NCBI GenBank assembly: GCA_963693365.1
Contig: CAVNZM010000004.1
Location: forward strand, 4,590,564 to 4,654,563
Length of the DNA: 64,000 bases
Direction of reading: 5' to 3'
From: Amoebidium appalachense
Lineage: Eukaryota > Protista > Ichthyosporea
Numbering within the stretch: the stretch's first letter is position 1; every line of letters begins with the position of its first letter. Of the stretch, positions 25,269 through 34,160 are shown one piece after another. The translations under genes and the position numbers were made by a program. Below the pieces are notes generated by a model, which saw nothing but the letters and a program-made list of their open reading frames with translations, made no database searches and was not told where the DNA came from.

Positions 25269-26309
25269 ATGGTGGACGTGTTCCAGTTGGTTCTGGGCTC
25301 GAAATGGGCCGCAGAATCAGCATGGAAACGTCTTAATGGTTTGCTGGGAAAGGAGACCACTGAGATCGAAACAGTCCCGGAGACTGTTTTGAATACTGAT
25401 GACAAGTGGGCATCTGATCTGGCAGCCCAGCATGTGCTGCTGGAGCCAGCCTCTACTGTACTCGACACAGTCAAGCGGGTCAAGCATATGCGGCTCCAAT
25501 GCAGCAAGCGCCCAGTGCCTGTTGCCACCTTCACCACACTCCTCGAGCTCATCTACATTCTTCCCGGCAAGCGGGCCAACCACGTCCGCCAGCAGAGCGC
25601 AAAGTACATCTCCCGGCTCCTTGCCGGCGACCTCACCCTGGTGGAGGAGATCGAGAAGCGCTATCTGGCAAGCACCAGCGAGGAGCGCGAGTTCTTCCGT
25701 GCGGGGGTGGAGGAGGCCGAGGAAAGGAAACGGCACCGGGAGGGCCTCGAGGAGGAGCTCGAGGAGCAGGCGCGGGCTGCCGGGCGGCGCACGGAGATGG
25801 ACGATCTGGACTACCAGGAGCGGCAGATTGCCCTTGAGGAGCGGGAATTGGCAGTCAAGAAGGGCCGGGTTGACATGGCACGCGCGTGCAGGGACGACGT
25901 GGTGAGAGACATGGAAGTGCTCAAGATGTTTGGGTTGGAGAAAGACGCCGCCATGCACATGGCCCTTGTAGACACGTTCAAGAACCTGGTGCATGAACGA
26001 CAGAAGAGCACTGGCAGTGGGGTGCGGCCCAGCGTTGAGGACACCAAGAAGGAGCCGGAGATTATGACAGTTTCAAATTGGATGCAGAAGCACGCAGGCA
26101 GAAAGCACACTACCGAGCAGTGCCGTGTGGTGGGGACATTGGCTTCCCAGTTGTACAGAGCCAAACACGGCTGCCCGGTGCCCAACGAGACAATCCAGAG
26201 CGTCAATGGGGTGTTGGTGCCGGTCAAGCAGTACACATCGGATGACGTGGGTATACTGGAGGAGGCCTACAGGCGGGCCCAGCAGCAGCAGCCGGGGCTC
26301 TACATGTGA
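25269..26309 (+). CDS. Giant-virus-type Bro-N-like DNA-binding protein with coiled coil
   Basis: MVDVFQLV...AWKRL...PVATFTTLLELIYILPGKRANHVRQQSAKYISRLLAGDLTLVEEIE resembles a Bro-N-related module common in NCLDV proteins. E/R-rich coiled coil; C-terminal LYRAKHG.P...VNG..VKQYT..D. Intronless. Confidence 0.65.
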   Translation: MVDVFQLVLGSKWAAESAWKRLNGLLGKETTEIETVPETVLNTDDKWASDLAAQHVLLEPASTVLDTVKRVKHMRLQCSKRPVPVATFTTLLELIYILPGKRANHVRQQSAKYISRLLAGDLTLVEEIEKRYLASTSEEREFFRAGVEEAEERKRHREGLEEELEEQARAAGRRTEMDDLDYQERQIALEERELAVKKGRVDMARACRDDVVRDMEVLKMFGLEKDAAMHMALVDTFKNLVHERQKSTGSGVRPSVEDTKKEPEIMTVSNWMQKHAGRKHTTEQCRVVGTLASQLYRAKHGCPVPNETIQSVNGVLVPVKQYTSDDVGILEEAYRRAQQQQPGLYM

Positions 26310-26421
26310 CGTGTGATGGAACTGCAGTGCTTGCTTTGACCTAAGGATTCGCAAGCATTCCCCACTGGCAGACGACGGTTTGTGTGGTAGCACGTTGCGA
26401 TTCCGCCTGGCCAGCCAGGCA

Positions 26422-27348
26422 TCACATGACGGGACAAAAGTGTGGGTGTGGCTCAACGTTGGTGGCGCAATCCACTTGGGCCCCGCACTCTGGACAAGTG
26501 CTTCTTCTTGCTACGTGCATAGCAAAACATTCATAGTGGCCAATGTGCAGCTGGCCCATGGTGAAGTGTTGGTTGGCATTTGTGTGTTTCAAAATCATGA
26601 CGTCACCGTTGGGCCTGAGCGGGTCTGTACATATGGGACACAAATGCCCAACCAGATGTTGTCTGTGATGGGCTGGCAGGGCACGGAGAACCCGCCGTAG
26701 AGGGAACTTGTAACACCCAGGCTGCTTGCCTGGCCACAGTGTTGCCACATCAGCCGTGTGGGTCATGAAGTCCAAGTTGTAGAAACGTAGTGTGATGTCT
26801 ACCCCAGGGGGTACCAAAGTGAGGGGTGCGTTTGGTCCTAAACGCTCCAAGAACTGCACTGTGTTGGGCGTATACAGCCACAAAAACCAGCTGCCTATGC
26901 GGAAACTCTTTCCGTTGCCATCAGCTTGCTTGTACAGCATAGTTTTCACCTCCCAGTTGTCTATTACAAAAGCGGCTTCAATGGCAAAGACCCTCCCGTT
27001 AAGCCCTGACTCTGGGCAGTTCCCATACAATGTTGTCTTGTACTGTCTTAGGATGTACGGCCCTATTGCGGGAGGCTGTTGGATGATGGCAGGGTCAAAT
27101 GTCTCTACCTCCATTATGATTGTTGGCGGGGAAACCCACCGGTTATTGGAAATATGACCCTCTCGTATCGAATCGGTGGGCATGAATGTTCTGTGGCCAA
27201 GCATGTCCCAGCAGTGCTCAAGTGTCTGCCAGTTTATTTCTCGGACCTGGGGGGTTTCGGTATTCCACCGGTTTAGGATTATCTGCCATGTCCGCGGGTT
27301 AATCTGTTGGTAGAATGGGTGAGGATTCGGGTTTGGGTTTACGTTCAT
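26422..27348 (-). CDS. RING-H2-like finger protein (putative E3 ligase)
   Basis: C-terminal CPIC...H.GH..C...CPEC; third Cys ligand atypical; intronless 308-aa ORF. Confidence 0.7.
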   Translation of the reverse strand: MNVNPNPNPHPFYQQINPRTWQIILNRWNTETPQVREINWQTLEHCWDMLGHRTFMPTDSIREGHISNNRWVSPPTIIMEVETFDPAIIQQPPAIGPYILRQYKTTLYGNCPESGLNGRVFAIEAAFVIDNWEVKTMLYKQADGNGKSFRIGSWFLWLYTPNTVQFLERLGPNAPLTLVPPGVDITLRFYNLDFMTHTADVATLWPGKQPGCYKFPLRRVLRALPAHHRQHLVGHLCPICTDPLRPNGDVMILKHTNANQHFTMGQLHIGHYECFAMHVARRSTCPECGAQVDCATNVEPHPHFCPVM

Positions 27349-27604
27349 TTTAAGCTCCGCACCAAAAAAACGTGTGGGACACTGCCTTGCTCACATAGTC
27401 AAGTGAAAAAGAGGGGGGGGTTAGAGGGGCAAACAGTGCATGCAGGGGTACATATACTTACCACATATCGTATGTGTGTTGAATCCATGTGCCAAAAAGG
27501 GAGGTTGGTTGGGTTTGGTTGGGGGAGGGGGGGCCTGTTTGTCAAGTGACATGGATGTGTTCTATTGTGTATGACATGAAATCTAGTATGATTTGATTTA
27601 GGTA

Positions 27605-27710
27605 AGTACACACCGGAGGACACGGGGATACTCGAGGAGGCATACAGGCAGGCCCAGCAGCAGCAACCGGGGCTCTACATGTGATGTGTAATGGAATTGC
27701 GGTGCTTGTT
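27605..27710 (+). pseudogene. Duplicated 3' end of the 25269-26309 gene
   Basis: agtacaca.cgga.gac..ggg.atact.gaggaggc.tacaggc.ggcccagcagcagca.ccggggctctacatgtga matches ~26230-26335. Confidence 0.85.
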
Positions 27711-28205
27711 TTTGATTTTTTTTTTATGTATTTACTTTCTTATTTTTAAAATTTATCATTTTGGTATTTATTTCTTCCCAGTAACATCATCCCAGCTTTG
27801 GTTTGTAATTGATTTGCAGTGCTTATGTGCGTGTGTGTGTGGGTGGGTGGGTGGGGTTTGTGTGTGTGGAGGGGGGGGGGGGGGGGGCACGGGGCTCTAG
27901 GGACGTTGTGCCCAGTCTGTGCAATACCAGGAAAACATCCAGACGGCCCCTTCCATGTGTTTTTAAAGCAAAAATGTGCCTAGATGGACGGTCAATGATT
28001 TGACCATGAGGAGCCATACCGTCATATTGGCCCTTCTGCGGATTTTCATTATGCACAAATAAGTCTTGAATCCTACAACCACATGCATGCAAGGCCCCAT
28101 AGGGCCAGTGCTGTGTTTCTATATTCCAAATTCAAAGGAAGTAAAGCTTTGCAAGGCATCGGGTGCTAGCCAGATTTTTTTTCTGTGCATAAGTGAAACA
28201 CCATC

Positions 28206-29024
28206 ATGGCTGCCTCTGCCCCTGCCCCTGCCTACCCTGTGCCCATCGAGCACCTCGGCCTCCGCCAGCTGCAGATGTACGACATTGTCCAGAAGGACAA
28301 GACCAACTTTTCGCGCGCGTATGCGATTGTGCTGCCCACGGCCTCATCTGAGAACCTGCTGGGTGTTCTGTTTGCACCTGCACCGCGGTTCAAGGTGACT
28401 GCACTTGACGTTGTGGAGATCGCACAGGGCACCACGCGCGTCACATTTGTGCTTGAGAAGCCCGGGGTGACCCCTGTGACCATGCAGCGCATTCTCCGGA
28501 TGGCCAGCATGGAGGGTGTGTGCACGGCCAAGCGCGTGAAGCTTCCCGTCAACTGGACAAATGCTGGGGTGAAAGGTGCAGCCTCCGCCACCGGCGCTGT
28601 GCTCCCGCCCGCGCCCGCAGAGCCAGCGGAGGGTGCCGGGGTGGAGGAGGGCGGAGAGCGCAAACGGCAGCGGGAGGGCCCGGAGGAGGAGGTTGAGGAG
28701 CAGGTGCGTGCAGAGGAGCGACGCGCGGAGATGGGCAGGTTGGACTACCGCGAGCGGCTTGTGGCACTCAAGATACGGGAGTTGGCGGTGGAGAAGGCAA
28801 GATTTGACATAGAGAAGGCAAAATTCGGCATGCAGGTGGCCCGCTTTGACCTCGAGAAGGACCAATTCAACATGCTGCGCGTGTACAAGGACAATGTGGT
28901 GGAGGATCTAGAGAGGCTTGAAGTTTTCGGGTTGGAGAAAGACGCCGTGGTTCGCAGCCTCCTGTCTGACCGGTTCAGGAACCTGGTGCTTGCCCATCAG
29001 CACCGCCATGATTTTCTTTATTAG
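28206..29024 (+). CDS. Hypothetical coiled-coil protein, partial paralog of 25269-26309
   Basis: Shares GVEE..ERKR.REG.EEE.EEQ.RA..RR.EM..LDY.ER..AL..RELAV.K.R.D and FGLEKDA......D.F.NLV; unrelated N-terminus. Confidence 0.8.
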   Translation: MAASAPAPAYPVPIEHLGLRQLQMYDIVQKDKTNFSRAYAIVLPTASSENLLGVLFAPAPRFKVTALDVVEIAQGTTRVTFVLEKPGVTPVTMQRILRMASMEGVCTAKRVKLPVNWTNAGVKGAASATGAVLPPAPAEPAEGAGVEEGGERKRQREGPEEEVEEQVRAEERRAEMGRLDYRERLVALKIRELAVEKARFDIEKAKFGMQVARFDLEKDQFNMLRVYKDNVVEDLERLEVFGLEKDAVVRSLLSDRFRNLVLAHQHRHDFLY

Positions 29025-29154
29025 GCCGCCTGGCCAGCCACGCATCCGCTCCGCACTGAAAACGTGTGGGATAGGGTGTTTTTTTGGTTTTTTTTTTTTT
29101 GAGGGGGGTGGAGGAGGAGGGGGGAGGTGGGGGCTGTTCTCATAAGGGCAGAAG

Positions 29155-29185
<31 letters not shown>

Positions 29186-29186
29186 G

Positions 29187-30052
29187 GGCATCTTCACACA
29201 GAGACGTAGGGAATGCAAACACCCACAACATGCATTTTGCTCTATATAAGCGGTAGGCCCGGTGTGCCAAGTTGGTGTGTGCATCTTTGTGCAAACAAAT
29301 CTACATCCGTGTGCAAGGGCTTGTGCTCGGTTTGTGTGTGTGTGTGTGTACAACTAGGTGCTAAGCAATCTATCTCCGTGTTTATCTAAGGTGTTGAATA
29401 AGCTACCCCCTTGTTTATCTACGCGCGAAAGTGGTGTGTGGACGTCTGACACACGGTTACGTAACCCTGTTCCACTTGTGCAAGTTTTGCATTAAATCAC
29501 GTTTCTTTATGTGAGAAGCCTCATTTTGCGCAAATGATATCACGAAATCGGATCTACAAAGGAATGCAAAATAGCCAAATAAAGCTACTAGGAAATTCCT
29601 AATTGCCTATTTTGGGCTGAAGCCAGATCTCCTAGCCAATGAAATCATTGATTCTCGTATAAATGCTCAGTCTGGAAGTAGGCAAGCGCTGTTCTCCTGT
29701 ACGCTTGTTTGTGGCAAAAGACACACGTAGGCCTTGCTGGTGTTTAGGGCTTTACACGTACAGGTGTCGGTGGCACAAGCACACAAGGTTTCTATATACT
29801 ATACATACAAGTGCTTAATGCACACACAAAGATAATACGTACACACAACCAAAGAGCTAAACCATGACACTACTTTAGATACAAACAAACGTACACACAA
29901 ACAAGCCCGCGCAAAGAAACTTGCACCTGTGTGCCCTTAAAACTCACCGAGGTGCTAGTTGTTTTACGTAACTCATACACGAAAAGGCATCTTCACACAG
30001 AGACGTAGGGAATGCAAACACCCACAACATTTTGCTCTATACAAGCGGTAGA
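29187..30052. repeat. Dispersed ~65-bp direct repeat pair
   Basis: ggcatcttcacacagagacgtagggaatgcaaacacccacaaca...ttttgctctata.aagcggtag at ~29187 and ~29986. Confidence 0.8.
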
Positions 30053-30356
30053 CTATATCTTTGGTGACAGAGAGGCTGCTCATACGTCTCCTGCTTGTGG
30101 ATGCAGGTATGTCTGGTTGACAATCTTTCAGTCTGCACCTGAACCCCCTTCTCCCGGTATCCGGGTCCTCCCCCATTCCCCCCGGCCCCACCTCTCCCTC
30201 TCTCACGTGAAGCAAGCGCATGCCCCCCTTCTCCCGGTTCCTGGGCCCTCCCCCCTCCCCCAGCCCCACCTCTCCCTCTCCCACGTGAAGCAAGCGCATG
30301 CCCCCTTCTACCCGGTTCCCGGGGCCTCACTCCCCCCTGCCCCCCCCCCCCCTTCC

Positions 30357-30825
<469 letters not shown>

Positions 30826-30977
30826 CCCCCCCCTCCCCCCCCCCTCCCCCCCCTCCCCCTCTCCCCCCCCCCCCTCCCTCCCCCCCCCCCCCCTCCCCCC
30901 TCCCCCCTCCCATCACTTTCCCACATACTGCAGGTGGTTACGTGGACTATGTCAGCGGGTTTCATAACGGCCCTACC

Positions 30978-32414
30978 ATGGCCAACAGACTGGGTATGAT
31001 TCCAGGCCAGCAGTGCCCCCCGTTTGCCTATGTTGTCGGGGGCACGCAAAATGTCAACATGGCGCGTATGCATTTTTGGCTAGCCGGGCCAACAACGGCA
31101 GCTTTGTACGGTACAACAAAAGCACCTGTGCAGCCCAAAGCACCTGCGCCGCTCGAAATTTGTCAGATAAGTTGTGTGGTATGTGAAAGTATGCGGCGTG
31201 CCTATGAGTCATCTCGTGCACATGAGCCCACTCCTGGAATTATAGACCCAAGGGCCATCGACGCCTATTTTCATCACCTAGAACTTGACAGTTGTGCTGG
31301 AATACAACCAGGGCATAACCACGATTGCACATTTGGCAAGTCATGTAAAACAGCGAGGCAGACGTTGGTGAAAAGCATCACACAATCCAAGAGGTGTCGA
31401 GAAAACCGCGCTGCAACAGCATCGGGTATGGCCGGGCCGTCCTTGCCGCCACTTGTAGCAGGAGACAACTTTGCAGCCCCATATGTTTCCCCACAACCAC
31501 AAACACCTGCCTCACCCATGTGCGATGAATTTTTGGTGGTTGATAATTGCGATCCACCACCGCCAGCGGAACCAGAAGTCCGGAGACGACGCAAAAGCAA
31601 GCGTTTGAAGCGTCTGTCCAGGCAAGCACCAAAAATGGAACCAGCCCAGCGATTGGGTCGGACTAGAAGCGAGACGTGCAGCATACACAATTTGGGTCCG
31701 AGCAAGCCCAAGCGTAACCCGCAAGACCCGCCGGTAGACCCACTTGAAATCAAATGTTGCCCTCAGGCCGCAAATCATGATTTGATTCTTAGGAATCGCA
31801 AATTTGTCTCCGAGTACAATGGCACCAGTGTATATCGTATACACAAAAATGGAACAAATCGTAAGTACACAGAGGATTACATATTCAAAGACGAAATGGA
31901 TTTGCGGGCATGTATTTTGAATGGCTGTGTGCTCATTGATTGGACGCTCGGGCTGCTTCTGCATTCCACGGTTTTCCTGAATCGTCCGCAGATGGGAATC
32001 AGGTGGGTAGGGAGGGAACAGGATTGGAATGGTCACGGATACAAGATACCAGCCAACGAGCCACTCATTCACTACACGGGGACCCAGCATGCGGCTAAGA
32101 ACTTTGTCAGCACTGCCTACACAATGCATGTAGTTGATGGGTGGGTGATAGACGCATCTGATTGGTCGAAGTCAACGCTCGCACGTTATGTGAATCACAC
32201 GTTCAGACAGTCGGAGGCGACCGCGGCACTCTATCGCCATCCTGATTGTGGTGCCATGATCTTGCGCACCAGTCAGCCTCTCAGCCATGCACACAAACGT
32301 CCAGATGAAACGGCGTCACGGGAGACATGGCGGAAATACGTGAAAACCTTGTGCGAAGACGAGAATTTGCCACAGGTGTTGTTCAAATACAATGATAAGC
32401 GCAACCCTTTCTAG
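30978..32414 (+). CDS. Divergent SET-domain protein (putative lysine methyltransferase)
   Basis: MGIRWVG, IPANEPLIHYTG, YTM...VIDA, ARYVNH (RFxNH) and QVLFKY (ELxFDY) motifs; basic RRRRKSKRLKR; N-terminal Cys/His cluster. Possible acceptor at 30933, so the start is uncertain. Confidence 0.75.
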   Translation: MANRLGMIPGQQCPPFAYVVGGTQNVNMARMHFWLAGPTTAALYGTTKAPVQPKAPAPLEICQISCVVCESMRRAYESSRAHEPTPGIIDPRAIDAYFHHLELDSCAGIQPGHNHDCTFGKSCKTARQTLVKSITQSKRCRENRAATASGMAGPSLPPLVAGDNFAAPYVSPQPQTPASPMCDEFLVVDNCDPPPPAEPEVRRRRKSKRLKRLSRQAPKMEPAQRLGRTRSETCSIHNLGPSKPKRNPQDPPVDPLEIKCCPQAANHDLILRNRKFVSEYNGTSVYRIHKNGTNRKYTEDYIFKDEMDLRACILNGCVLIDWTLGLLLHSTVFLNRPQMGIRWVGREQDWNGHGYKIPANEPLIHYTGTQHAAKNFVSTAYTMHVVDGWVIDASDWSKSTLARYVNHTFRQSEATAALYRHPDCGAMILRTSQPLSHAHKRPDETASRETWRKYVKTLCEDENLPQVLFKYNDKRNPF

Positions 32415-32432
32415 GCAGGTGGGTATACTTGC

Positions 32433-32493
<61 letters not shown>

Positions 32494-32899
32494 GGGGGAG
32501 AGAGGGGTGTGGGGGGGGGGGGTAGAGACTGAGTGGGTGTATCTGTGTGTGTCCATTACAAGCAGTCGTTGTACTTGCATACATGGCTCTTGACTCTGTA
32601 TGTGAAATTTGCCTCATAGCCAAGATGACACGTTGCTAATACCGCCTTTCACCAGTGGGCACCTAGCTGGGGCTGTCTATGTGGACAACACTGCCAGAGG
32701 ACTCTAGAATGTGTTTGGTTGTAGGCTCTGTTGACAGTTAGGCTTGACCAAAGTCAATTTGGTAGGATGCTACTACAGTATTTTTTGGCAAAGCAATGTC
32801 TTTGCTAAGACGATTAGTGGTGTTTCTTGGTATTTATCTGGCGTTGCTGGTGTTTCCTGGCTTTTATCTGTATTTTTCCTTGTGTGTTGTGCCCCCCCC

Positions 32900-32930
<31 letters not shown>

Positions 32931-32971
32931 CTTTCGCCACTGCTTTTCATGTGTGATTGGCAATAACTTTA

Positions 32972-33841
32972 TTATTTACTGTGGGTAGAAAATGGGTTGG
33001 TTTCAGTGACTGTTATGTCTAAGACTTCCTTAAATGGGTTTGTATCATCATAGCCACGTGTTATGTCTTCCTTGAATGGGTTTGTACTGTCATAGCCACG
33101 GGGTTTGTCTTTCTTGAATGGGTTTGTATCGTCATAGCCATGTGTTATGTCTTCGTCAAATGGGGTTGTTTCATAGTTGTGTGTTATGTCTTCATGAAAC
33201 GAGTCTGTTCCAGAGCCTTCATAAAACGAGTCTGTTCCAGAGCCTTCATAAAATGAGTCTGTTCCAGAGTCCTCTGATACGTCATCCTGAAATGGTTCTG
33301 TTCCAGGGCCGCCCATCAGATCTTCTTTTTCTTGGGTTGTGTGTATGATTGTTTTTGCCTTGTCGTAATCTTGCTGGTTGATTGCTTCCATTATTTCCAT
33401 GAGTATATTGTTCCAATTTTCATCTCCTTTACGTTTCATTCCTGTAGCCATTTCTAGTGCTTTGATTCTCAGCCCCGCTGTATACTCTTCCCATTCGTTA
33501 TGAAGTTGCTGGTTTTTCTCTTTGCATTTCTGCTGCTCCTCCATCAGTTTGTCTTCTAATAGTTTGATCTTGGTTTCCAGCTCATTTGCATTGTCCACAG
33601 GATGTACTACAGCGCCATCATGTGATTCCACGTTTTCATGTGAATACTCCACGCCCTTGTGTTCTTGAACTGTGCTTTGCTTAGTTGGTTTTGTATTGTT
33701 TGGGTTGAGTGGCCGGTCATATGGTGTATCTGCACGCACCACTCTACGTTCTTTTTTCGTTTTCCCACCATCAGTCAACATGTGTAGTCTATTGTGGTGC
33801 TCCATATATTGGAAGATTGCGGTTGATAGAAGCGAACCCAT
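32972..33841 (-). CDS. Hypothetical coiled-coil protein with MGSLLS N-terminus and C-terminal NPF repeats
   Basis: ATG at 33841; central coiled coil; repeats SGTDSF(Y/H)E x3 and TNPF x4; intronless. Confidence 0.7.
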   Translation of the reverse strand: MGSLLSTAIFQYMEHHNRLHMLTDGGKTKKERRVVRADTPYDRPLNPNNTKPTKQSTVQEHKGVEYSHENVESHDGAVVHPVDNANELETKIKLLEDKLMEEQQKCKEKNQQLHNEWEEYTAGLRIKALEMATGMKRKGDENWNNILMEIMEAINQQDYDKAKTIIHTTQEKEDLMGGPGTEPFQDDVSEDSGTDSFYEGSGTDSFYEGSGTDSFHEDITHNYETTPFDEDITHGYDDTNPFKKDKPRGYDSTNPFKEDITRGYDDTNPFKEVLDITVTETNPFSTHSK

Positions 33842-33956
33842 TAATTGTATTGATATCTGTGTGGAAAAAGTTTGTCTTTTCACCTGGCTACAACTTGAAA
33901 TCGTGTGAAATTGCATGCACAATTTGAATTTGTGTGAATTTGTATGCACCACCAAT

Positions 33957-34160
33957 CCATACACTTGTAAACATGGTACTGATACCGTTTAGCATGACAC
34001 CTATACATAACCATAAACAACCCTATAGAACCCTACAGAGCGTCTAGAGCCATGCTTCAATGTCCGCCAGCATTAGGCCGGTACAGGCAAAGGCTGGGGG
34101 GTACCCAGCCGCTGGGAGCAAGAACGTAGAAGGATGTTTCTTGCCCCGTTGATGTCGCGG
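33957..34160 (-). ncRNA. Putative Fanzor omegaRNA copy 1 (scaffold + guide CCATGTTTACAAGTGTATGG); 5' end uncertain
   Basis: Overlaps the Fanzor 3' end and the 94-bp right end; same predicted stems as copy 2; sequence conserved between the two copies. Confidence 0.6.
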
